DNA of 27,934 bases from Prasinococcaceae sp. CCMP 1430. Lineage: Eukaryota; Plantae; Prasinodermophyta. The notes beneath the pieces were generated by a model. It saw only the letters and a program-made list of their open reading frames with translations, did no database searches and had not been told where the DNA came from. The position numbers were made by a program, and so were the translations under genes. This document shows positions 19,001 through 27,934 of the stretch, one piece after another (within the stretch, counting starts at the first letter, position 1; every line of letters starts with the position of its first letter). The stretch covers positions 144,084-172,017 of the forward strand of contig RQSC01000523.1 of assembly GCA_013416795.1 (NCBI GenBank), read 5' to 3'.

Positions 19001-21339
19001 CTATTCTCCTCGCCTGATGGCGAGCGCCCGAAGCTCCTCCTTGTAGCTCTCGGCCTGGTTGCACGCCTTGAGCTCGTCGAGCAGCTCCGCCTCGCACCGC
19101 TCGATCTCCGAGTCCACGCGCGACGTGACCGCCGCGTCGAGCGCCATTTGCTTCGTCACGATGCGCATGCCAATGTTGGCGAAGCGCGTTTTGGTGCTCT
19201 TGTCCCACTTCTTGAGTTTCTTCTCCTCGGAGGCGAGCTCCATCAGCAGAATTTTCACCCGGTTGTTGAGCGAGTCGCCGCGCAAGAGGATGTCCTGCTG
19301 GGCTGCCCTCGCCGCGTCCTCGCGCGCGAACCGCGCCGCCTCGTTCACCATGCGATCAACCTGGCGGCCCCGCGCGAGGCGGCGGCGCATGCGGCGGTCA
19401 GCGCGCGCGGCTCGCAGGCAGCTCGCGCGCGGCTCGAGCGCGGGTCGCTCGCACCTCTGCTTTGGTCAGCGTTCCAGCGGTGGTGAGCGTGGCCGCCCTA
19501 CGCCTGCCCGTGGTCTCCTCGAGCGCCTCAACAGTCACCAATTGGTCCCTGTCGATCGAGAGCGTCACCGCGATCTTCGGCACGCCCTTGGGCGCGGGCG
19601 GAATGCCCTCGAGGTAGAGCTGTCCGAGCAGCTTGCTGTCCTTGGCGAAGACGCGCTCCCCCTGCAGCACGTTCACCAGGATGCGTCGCTGGTTGGGCGC
19701 GGAGGTCGAGTACACCTTGAAGCCCCGCGCGGGCAGCTTGGAGTTCCGCGGAATGAGGATCTCATTGCGATTGTCACCAACGACCGTCTTCTCGATGCCA
19801 ATGGAGAGCGAGTTCACGTCTGTCAGCACGATGCCAGTGATCTCCTTGCTCAGGATGGCGCCCTGCACCGCTGCGCCCAGCGCGACGGCCTCGTCGGGGT
19901 TGACGCCCGCCACTGGTTCCTTGCCGGAGCAGAGCTTTTTGGCGACCGCGCGCGCGCACGCCATGCGGGTGGAGCCGCCGACGAGCACGAGCTCGTCGAC
20001 GCTGCCGCCAGCCATGGGGAACGAGCGCCAAAGCCCCGCGTCCTCGAGGGCGAGCTGCGTGGGCGCCTTCAGCCGCTCCACGAGGTCCTTCACGAGGCGC
20101 TCGAAGACCTTGCGCGTGAGCGTCGTCTCAAGGTCCCGCGGCTTGCCGTCTGAGCCGTACGCGAGGAAGGGCAGGCTGATGGTCGTCTGCTCGGCCTCGC
20201 TGAGCTCGCACTTGGCGCGCTCCGCCGCCTCGGTGATGCGCTGCATCGCCGCGCGATCGGCGCTCGCGTCCACTCCGTGCTGCGCGCGCGCGCGAACCGA
20301 GGCGCCCCGCGATCGCGCGACCGCGCGCGCGCGGCGCACGCACGGTCAGCCACTCGCTGGCCTTGGCGACGGGGCGCGCGCGCTTGCGCTTCACGCGCGC
20401 GAGAGGGCGCACCTGCTTCTTGAACTCCTCCACGATCCACTGCGCGACGCGCGCGTCGAAGTCGTCGCCGCCGAGCCTGTCGTCGCCGGCGGTCGCGAGC
20501 ACCTCGAAGACGCCGTCACCCAGCTCGAGCACGGAGACGTCGAAGGTGCCACCGCCCAGGTCGAACACCAGCGCCGTCTTGCGTCTCTCGTTCGCGCCCG
20601 GCGAGCCGCCCTGCAGGCCGTACGCGAGCGCGGCTGCCGTCGGCTCGTTGATGATGCGAAGGACGTCGAGCCCGGCGATCTCACCCGCAGAGCGCGTGCC
20701 CTGTCGCTGCTGCTCGTTGAAGTAGGCGGGCACCGTCACCACCGCCTTTCGGACGCGCTCGCCCACAAAGTTCTCCACGTCCGTCGCGAGCACGCGCAGC
20801 ACCTCGGCGGACACCTGCTCGGGCGCGAGCGTGCCGTTGCCGCCGCTCGCCCGCGCGGCTGCCTCGGCGTGCGTGCCGCCGGCGTCGAGGCGCGCCGGGC
20901 CGGCGCCGTCGGCGCCCGAGGGCACGACGCCGTAGGGGAGAGTGGCAGCTACATCCTCGACCTCGGCGTACGTGCGGCCGATGAGCCGCTTCACGCTGCT
21001 GAACGTCGCGCCCGCGTTGAGCGCCGCCTGGTTCTTCGCGGCCTTGCCGACCAGCCGCTTGCCGTCGGGCGCGTACGCGACCACGCTTGGCGTCGTGCGC
21101 TCGCCGTCGGCGTTGGGCACGATGGCGGGGCTGCTGCCCTCGACGACGGCGGCCGCGGAGTTCGTCGTGCCCAGGTCGATGCCCGCCACGCGCTCCGCCA
21201 TCGCCGCCGCGCAGAGCCGCCGCTGCCGCGCCCGCCCGCCCGATGGTACTGCGGACGCATGTACGTCATCGCGCACTGATATGGGAGGGGGGGGGGGGGT
21301 GCAGGAGGGCGCGAGCGCGAGCACGAGTGTGCACGCCAT
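19001..21339 (-). CDS. HSP70: Divergent DnaK-type Hsp70 with organellar transit peptide; exons 21339-20413, 20279-19455, 19360-19001; 703 aa
   Basis: Motifs [57 protein letters not shown] and [14 protein letters not shown]. Introns 20412-20280 and 19454-19361 are both phase 0 with GCTGAC branch points. Confidence 0.93.
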
Positions 21340-21848
21340 GCGCCATTATTGAACAGAACACCCCCACGGGCGACTTCTTTCCAAGTCAAAATGCATTCAA
21401 TGCGCGGGACGGCGCTCGGCCGCGGGCGCGCGATCCGCTCGCGCATCGACGGATTAGATTTGATGGGGAGGACCGCTCGCCGCCCCGCGGCGGGAAAACA
21501 AAAAAACTGAAGCAGGAAAAACAAAAGAAAAAGGAAAAAAGAAAATGTTACGGCTTGGGCCGCAGTTGACCCTAAATATGTACCCTAATACCGGCTCGAA
21601 TGGTCACGTCAACAACAATACAGTACTGTACTGTACTGTGAACCGCAACCTGTGTCCGCCCGACCTAGTACAGAAAGCTTTTTGCTGTTGGAGGAGCTGT
21701 CTCTCTTCGCGCGCAGCGCTCGCCGCGCCGCGCTCGCTCCGGCGAGCCCGCCGGTCATCCGCGCGCCTCCCGCGCGCCGCCCCCGCCGCGGTCACTCGTC
21801 CCTCGGGCGACCCCCGTCCGCGATTGGGCGATAGCGCGATCCGCGATT

Positions 21849-22743
21849 NNNNNNNNNNNNNNNNNNNNNNNNNNNNNNNNNNNNNNNNNNNNNNNNNNNN
21901 NNNNNNNNNNNNNNNNNNNNNNNNNNNNNNNNNNNNNNNNNNNNNNNNNNNNNNNNNNNNNNNNNNNNNNNNNNNNNNNNNNNNNNNNNNNNNNNNNNNN
22001 NNNNNNNNNNNNNNNNNNNNNNNNNNNNNNNNNNNNNNNNNNNNNNNNNNNNNNNNNNNNNNNNNNNNNNNNNNNNNNNNNNNNNNNNNNNNNNNNNNNN
22101 NNNNNNNNNNNNNNNNNNNNNNNNNNNNNNNNNNNNNNNNNNNNNNNNNNNNNNNNNNNNNNNNNNNNNNNNNNNNNNNNNNNNNNNNNNNNNNNNNNNN
22201 NNNNNNNNNNNNNNNNNNNNNNNNNNNNNNNNNNNNNNNNNNNNNNNNNNNNNNNNNNNNNNNNNNNNNNNNNNNNNNNNNNNNNNNNNNNNNNNNNNNN
22301 NNNNNNNNNNNNNNNNNNNNNNNNNNNNNNNNNNNNNNNNNNNNNNNNNNNNNNNNNNNNNNNNNNNNNNNNNNNNNNNNNNNNNNNNNNNNNNNNNNNN
22401 NNNNNNNNNNNNNNNNNNNNNNNNNNNNNNNNNNNNNNNNNNNNNNNNNNNNNNNNNNNNNNNNNNNNNNNNNNNNNNNNNNNNNNNNNNNNNNNNNNNN
22501 NNNNNNNNNNNNNNNNNNNNNNNNNNNNNNNNNNNNNNNNNNNNNNNNNNNNNNNNNNNNNNNNNNNNNNNNNNNNNNNNNNNNNNNNNNNNNNNNNNNN
22601 NNNNNNNNNNNNNNNNNNNNNNNNNNNNNNNNNNNNNNNNNNNNNNNNNNNNNNNNNNNNNNNNNNNNNNNNNNNNNNNNNNNNNNNNNNNNNNNNNNNN
22701 NNNNNNNNNNNNNNNNNNNNNNNNNNNNNNNNNNNNNNNNNNN
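21849..22743. other. Assembly gap (895 N)
   Basis: Run of N. Confidence 1.
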
Positions 22744-22744
22744 G

Positions 22745-24481
22745 CTGTGCGCCGCGCAGCCCGGCCGCCCCGCGACCGCCGTGGGCACCACGGAGAGCCC
22801 GGCGGCCGGGGGCGCCAGCGGGACGGTCAAGGCAGCGGCGACGACCACGTTCGAGGTCGCGAGCAAGGAGCCCATGCCCGCGGGCACCAAGGTGCGACGC
22901 AAGCAGGCGCCGGCGGGCTTCGGCGCGCGCGCCAAGGCGCGGGCGTCGGCGGCCGTCAAGATCGCGGACGCCACGTTCGACCCCAAGGAGCGCAAGCCGC
23001 GCTCGTTCTACCGCAACTTCAAGAACCTCGAGAACGAGCTGCGCGCGTTCGTCGGGAGCTTGACCCCCGAGGAGCGCAAGCGCAACGTGCGCATGACGGG
23101 GCTGCCCACCATGCGCTACCTCCAGGAGGCGGGCCGCCCCGACCTCGTCGCGGCGATCTGGCGCCACGGCGGCGGCCTGACCGTCGCGGGACGCATGGCG
23201 GACGTGCCAGCGGCGTCGCCGCTGTCGGCGTTCGTCTCCACGGCGGCCAACCAGCAGCTGGCGAGCTTCAGGGACAAGAGCGAGGGCATCCGCTCGCGCC
23301 TCGCCGACATGCGGACGTCTCGCGCAGGGTTCACCGCCGCCGAGTTTCGGGAGGCGGTCGAGGGGCCGAGCGCGCGGGACGCGCTCGCGCAAGAGCTGCA
23401 GGAGCTCAGCCGGGCGTGGAATCCGGGCGCCGAAGCGAGCCCCGGGCCGCGGAAGGGCGAGGCGGCCGGCGGTGCCGCCGGCCGCGCGGTGGGACCCGGG
23501 GCCGCCAAGAGCAGGAGGACCGCCGGGGGCAGCCTGCTCAAGGACGCGCGCAAGTACACGCCCGACTCGAAGCGAAAAATGAGGGAGGAGGCGGAGGCGC
23601 GAGAGCGCGCCGACGCCACGGCGGTGACTCAGGCGCCCGCTGCGCCGACCGTGACGCCGCCTGCCAACGCGCCCGGACAGCCGATCGACATCGAGCAGGT
23701 GCGGCAGCAGCTCGCGCAGCTGAACGCCGACATCCAGGAGCAGAAGAGGAGCCTCCAAGGGGTGCGCGCGATGTCGGCGGCCGGCGCCACCGGGCGCGAC
23801 CCGCTGCTGGACGCCGCGGAGGGCGCAATGGCCGCCCAGGAGTCGGCGGCCGCGGCTGCGGCACACATGGTGGAGTTGGCTTCGATGGAGGTCGCAACGG
23901 GCGACTCGGACGGCACCGGGGTCTCGACGCTCGAGTCCGCGAAGGAGCTCATCGACGCGGCGCAGTCGGAGTCGAAGGTGGTGCGCGAGGCGGTGGCGGC
24001 GCGCGTGCAGCGGGTGACCGACTCGCTCGAGTTCGCCGAGAACGACACGCGCCAAGCGCGCAGGTCGATGGCGGACATCAAGACAGAGGCACACGACGTT
24101 AGGGCGCGGGCCCGGCAGGAGCTCGCCGATCTGGAGCGGCAGCAGAACGAGCTCGCGGGGCAGCTGGCGGAGGCTCGCGCGCGCGCGCTCGGCAACAACA
24201 CGGCGCTGGGCCAGCTCGTTGAGGTGCGCGTTGTGTGGCCGTACATCGCCAAGGAGGTGCAGCTCCATGGCTCCTTCAACGGCTGGTCGGAAGGCGTGAT
24301 GATGCCCCCCAATGGCGACCAGGGCTTCACGGCGTCGCTGCAGCTGTATCCGGGCCGCTACGAGATCAAATTCGTCGTTGACGGCCAGTGGCGCGTCGAC
24401 GGGCTCAGGTCGGTCATCAGTGACGAGATGGGTTCGCAGAACAACGAGCTCATCGTGGCTGCGCCCATCGGCTTCATCTGA
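22745..24481 (+). CDS. PTST2/PTST3 (FLO6)-like starch-binding protein with coiled coil and C-terminal CBM48; 5' end lies in the gap
   Basis: N-terminal LPTMRYLQEAGRPDLVAAIWRHGG motif typical of PTST2/3; long coiled coil; CBM48 VVWPYIAKEVQLHGSFNGW...LYPGRYEIKFVVDGQW...QNNEL. Confidence 0.82.
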   Translation: MCAAQPGRPATAVGTTESPAAGGASGTVKAAATTTFEVASKEPMPAGTKVRRKQAPAGFGARAKARASAAVKIADATFDPKERKPRSFYRNFKNLENELRAFVGSLTPEERKRNVRMTGLPTMRYLQEAGRPDLVAAIWRHGGGLTVAGRMADVPAASPLSAFVSTAANQQLASFRDKSEGIRSRLADMRTSRAGFTAAEFREAVEGPSARDALAQELQELSRAWNPGAEASPGPRKGEAAGGAAGRAVGPGAAKSRRTAGGSLLKDARKYTPDSKRKMREEAEARERADATAVTQAPAAPTVTPPANAPGQPIDIEQVRQQLAQLNADIQEQKRSLQGVRAMSAAGATGRDPLLDAAEGAMAAQESAAAAAAHMVELASMEVATGDSDGTGVSTLESAKELIDAAQSESKVVREAVAARVQRVTDSLEFAENDTRQARRSMADIKTEAHDVRARARQELADLERQQNELAGQLAEARARALGNNTALGQLVEVRVVWPYIAKEVQLHGSFNGWSEGVMMPPNGDQGFTASLQLYPGRYEIKFVVDGQWRVDGLRSVISDEMGSQNNELIVAAPIGFI

Positions 24482-24636
24482 TGCGCGCGGGTGCCGTTCG
24501 CACTTTTTGTATTATCCAACGTATTTACCGGCATGGCGTCCGTGCGCCGCGCTCGAGCGCGCGCGCTCCGTCGCGCGCGCTGGCCCATCATGTCCGCGCT
24601 GCCCTCGTGCGACCGCGGCAGGTCGCCGAGCCCGCG

Positions 24637-24918
24637 TCAGCGCGCCGGCGCGCCGGCGCCGCGCTGCTTGGAGCTGTCGTAACAGCTCCTGAAGGCGTTC
24701 ATCTCCCGCTGGCACTTGCGCCAGTCGCGATCGTTCTCGCCGAGGCACTCCTCCAGCGCCGCGTACATGCGGCCACACCCTTGCTGATCCACCATTGGGT
24801 CAATGTCGAGCTCGCCGTCGTCTCCGACCGCCGTGTGGCGCGTGTGGCGCGAAGCCTCGCACGGCTCGCACTCCGCCGGCAGCTCGGCCGGGGCGCCGGC
24901 GCCCCCATCGCCACTCAT
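24637..24918 (-). CDS. COA4: Twin Cx9C mitochondrial intermembrane-space protein, COA4/CMC3 family
   Basis: DPMVDQQGC-x9-C..RDWRKC-x9-C. Confidence 0.8.
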   Translation of the reverse strand: MSGDGGAGAPAELPAECEPCEASRHTRHTAVGDDGELDIDPMVDQQGCGRMYAALEECLGENDRDWRKCQREMNAFRSCYDSSKQRGAGAPAR

Positions 24919-24954
24919 CCTTTACACCGCTGCTGTCGTCGCCACCGCGCGCGC

Positions 24955-24955
<1 letters not shown>

Positions 24956-25035
<80 letters not shown>
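24956..25035. repeat. (GT)40 microsatellite
   Basis: Perfect dinucleotide run about 40 nt upstream of the COA4 ATG. Confidence 0.97.
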
Positions 25036-25036
<1 letters not shown>

Positions 25037-25919
25037 GGGGAATTGGAGGAGCAAGCGTCTGCCACACACGTGGCGCTCCCGCCGCGGTCGCCGGCGCCGC
25101 TCGGAGGGGGCTGTGCCCGCACCCGCAGCGCGCCGCACCGCTGCGCTGCGCTCGTGCTGGGTCGTCGAAGCAGCCTGCAGCAGGCAGCGGCGGGAGGCCA
25201 CGGCGGCGCCCCNTGACGTGGCCGGGGCCGGCCCGCGTGCCCCGTGCCGCCGCGCGGGGGGGGGGGCGATGCGCCCACCACCCACCGTGCTCTGAAGAGT
25301 GTAACGTACCCACGGGAGAATCAATCCCTGCGCCTGCTGCAGTTGGCGCGTGGCACACTCCCTGCACCAGCCGGCATGTATTAATATCCCACCTCGGAGC
25401 GCGCGCGCCGCGGTCGACGGCGCGCGCGCCCGCCCCGCCATACCCCGGACCCGATCCGCCGGGAGGATCGCGCGCCGCGGCGGATTCTCGGATCCCATCC
25501 CCTGTCTGGCTGTCCCGTCCCGTCCGCAAAAAAAAAAAAAAATCGGCGGCTTCGCTTGTTGTGCTTCCCTGCTCCTGTTGTGGTGCGGCGCGGCCGTCGT
25601 CAATCACTCAACAACGGACCGGCGTGGGCTTGATTCGATCATGGCACGCGTACACCTGTCTGTCTGTGAGGCATGCGTGCGAAGGCTTCAATCATCGGTC
25701 GGTTCGCTGGACGGCTGGCGGGAGCCGGAGGCGGCGGGAGGCGAAGCTTCCGGAGTCAGTCCCAGGCTCCCACGAGCCGCAGGCTGGGCGGCACGTGGGG
25801 TGGAAGGCGACGGAAGCGTAGGCTTCGGCCGGCGTCGGTCGGTCGGCGGGGAATGCGGGGGAAGGGCGGGCAGCCGGGAAAAGATGGGCGAGCGCGGCAC
25901 GAGCGAGTCCGCGCCGCGC

Positions 25920-26026
25920 GTCGGTCGGTCGGTGGGTGGGTCGGTGGGCCGGGTCGTCGCGTCGGGGTGTTGACATTTTTTTTTGTTTTTTCTCCCCCGA
26001 CCAACCAACCAACCAACCAACCCACC
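25920..26026. repeat. Tetranucleotide-like simple repeats, (GGTC/GGTG)n and (CCAA)n, forming an imperfect inverted pair around a T-run
   Basis: gtcggtcggtcggtgggtgggtcggtggg ... ccgaccaaccaaccaaccaaccaacccacc. Confidence 0.6.
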
Positions 26027-26547
26027 TCCAATCAATTGCTCTGGCGGCGCCGCCGCAATTTTTGGGTCTGGATGACGCTCGTCGCACCAGCCAGCGAACA
26101 CCCGAAATAAGGCTCGGAAGAGGGTCGATTTTTTTTTTCAAACGCGAGCGGGCGAAAGAAGGGCGCCGCGGGTGCGCGCGCGCGATCGCGCGCAACCCTG
26201 GGCGGGCGGCGGGGCGCGCACGTGGGCCGGAACGGGGAGAAGCACTGGGCGCGCCAGGGAGAGGGGACGCCGCGCTGGACAGTGCCACAGCGCGGCTGCG
26301 GCGCAGGCGTGCGGCGCGGCGCCCTGCGACAGAGCAGGCGGCGCGCCCTGGGCTCGCCTGGCGCGCCTGCGCCCGCTCGCCCGCTCTCGCACGCGGCTGC
26401 TCGGCGGCGGAGGTTGGCGCAGCGGCGGCACGCGGCGGCGTGGCGGTGCACGCACGGGGTCGGACGCGAGTGCGAGCGGCGAGCTCAGCTTTTTAGGCCT
26501 GGGAGTAGCACAAATCCCATCCCTGACACGTCCCGACGCCGCCCACC

Positions 26548-26859
26548 ATGGCGGACACCGTTCCTGCTGATCGCGAGGCCTTCCTCAAGATGGCCAAGTA
26601 CGCGTTGGTCAAGCACAGCGACATGATCGAGGAGATGCGTGTGGAGGCAGTCGAGTTCGTCATCAGCGCCGTCGAGAAACACGGCAACAACTACGAGCTC
26701 GCCGCCAAGTCTATCAAGGATCAGATGGACAAGAAGTTTGGCGCGCCGTGGCACTGTGTGGTGGGACAGAACTTCGCGTTCGAGGTCACGCACGAGGTCA
26801 AGAACATGCTCTACGTCTATGCAGCGGGCACGACGGCCGCCTGCATCTGGAAGGGCTGA
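26548..26859 (+). CDS. DNAL4: Axonemal dynein light chain 4 (LC8 family, DNAL4/LC10-like)
   Basis: LVKHSDMIEEMRVEA...AAKSIKDQMDKKFGAPWHCVVG..F.FEVTHEVKNMLYVY..GT.A.CIWK closely follows the DNAL4 sequence pattern. Confidence 0.88.
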   Translation: MADTVPADREAFLKMAKYALVKHSDMIEEMRVEAVEFVISAVEKHGNNYELAAKSIKDQMDKKFGAPWHCVVGQNFAFEVTHEVKNMLYVYAAGTTAACIWKG

Positions 26860-27146
26860 GCGCGGCCATTGTGCGCACGCGAGCGCGGCGCATGCGACGC
26901 GAAGGCACAGCTGCGTGCGCGCGCTCGTAGCGTGTACAGTAAGTACGGCAAGGACAACCATGAAGTACAGTATGGGGCGCTGGCCGCCCGGGGCCAGCAA
27001 TTCCCCAGTTAGGGTTAGGGTCCGCATGCAAAATTCGATACGTCCAGGCTTGGGGGGCGTACGGCGCCGTCCCCCCGTGCGTGCGTGTGCATACGCGAGG
27101 GACACCACTTGCGCCACACGCAGCAGACTTGCGCGCGGTCAACCCC

Positions 27147-27668
27147 ATGCGCGGGGCCGCCGCCGCGCGCGCCGCGGCGGCGGCCGCCGCTCTCGCCGTG
27201 CTCGCGCCAACGCCCTGCCCACACGCGCTGGCGCTCGCCGCCGGTGTAGTATCGCTCCCGCCTCCGCCAGAGCCAGCCGTGCCACCAGTACCACCCCCCT
27301 CACCAGCGAATTCCGCGCCACCTCCGATGCCTGCGCCGCCTCCCCCCCTCATGGGGGGCGTGCCGTGGATTGGTGCGGTGATAGTGCTCCTGGTGGTGCT
27401 TGCAGTGGTCACGAGCGCCATCTTTGTCGCGCGGCAAGTGCATGACAATACACGACCTTCATCCGGCTCGAGCTCGGGCGGCACGTCAGCCAATGCAGGC
27501 TTCGACACGCGCGACAATGGCCTCGAGCTGGGCGAGCAGGGCTGGGATGGCAACGCCGACGCCCAGGGTGTAGTGGACGCAGATTTGGAGGTCGAACTCG
27601 GCACTGACGTGGGGCTGGGTGTTGCAGGCAGCTTCCGCGGCGGCAAGAACCGCTACGCGCATGTATAG
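27147..27668 (+). CDS. Proline-rich single-pass membrane protein of unknown function
   Basis: Signal-peptide-like N-terminus, Pro-rich ectodomain, TM WIGAVIVLLVVLAVVTSAIFVA and acidic tail. Confidence 0.65.
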   Translation: MRGAAAARAAAAAAALAVLAPTPCPHALALAAGVVSLPPPPEPAVPPVPPPSPANSAPPPMPAPPPPLMGGVPWIGAVIVLLVVLAVVTSAIFVARQVHDNTRPSSGSSSGGTSANAGFDTRDNGLELGEQGWDGNADAQGVVDADLEVELGTDVGLGVAGSFRGGKNRYAHV

Positions 27669-27934
27669 TACTGTACTAATACTCACTTATCGTCAGGGCC
27701 CAGCGCCAACGCGGCGAGCGCCGGGCCCTTTGCCCCCTCGACCCCCTTCATCTCAGTGCGCAACAGCTTCCAGCGACCCCAGCCACGTGTGTGCAGGTGG
27801 TGCTGCGCTGCGCATCCCCGCGCGCTGCGGCGTGGCTTGTTTTCTCGAATTCACACAGCCGTGGCGCCTGTGGGCGTCACTCTGCGTGCGCCGAGCGCCT
27901 GCGCGAGCGAGCCGGTGGGGTGGGGGGGGGGGGG

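Noticed and set aside
6240-20412. Introner-type repeated introns
   Set aside because: The eight spliceosomal introns share no sequence similarity beyond splice signals.
21545-24268. ORFs spanning the N gap
   Set aside because: Artefacts of translating through Ns; only the part after the gap is supported.
25290-25700. Lower-GC intergenic stretch with an A15 run and a GATCGAATC T-loop-like motif
   Set aside because: No tRNA cloverleaf or snoRNA/snRNA box set could be built on either strand.
27009-27020. (TTAGGG)2, possible telomerase RNA template on the minus strand
   Set aside because: Only two units, with no snRNA-type promoter or T-run terminator nearby; more likely a telo-box-like or chance motif.

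Overview
GC-rich eukaryotic nuclear DNA with short GT-AG introns and distant CTGAC branch points. Plastid-targeted starch and chaperone genes and an axonemal dynein light chain point to a prasinophyte-like green alga (inference). About 14 protein genes: CSPP1-like EF-hand/coiled-coil protein, WbsX/GH99-like glycan enzyme, DnaJ-X co-chaperone, EGF-less vacuolar sorting receptor, sulfotransferase-like protein, secreted double knottin-like protein, signal peptide peptidase, small membrane protein, TFIIS N-terminal domain protein, divergent organellar Hsp70, PTST2/3-like CBM48 protein, COA4, DNAL4 and a Pro-rich single-pass protein. There is an 895-N assembly gap. The most notable signals are non-coding and absent from the ORF track. 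(1) A minus-strand tRNA-Pro(CGG) gene is split into four exons (9, 18, 9, 36 nt) by three introns at positions 9/10, 28/29 and 37/38; the two non-canonical introns have relaxed bulge-helix-bulge junctions. (2) A diverged, internally deleted tandem copy follows it and carries two more copies of the intron-1 hairpin. (3) A roughly 215-nt box H/ACA snoRNA with extra stem-loops sits in the long last intron of the peptidase gene; its pockets match LSU rRNA sites equivalent to yeast Psi2314 and Psi2349/2351.
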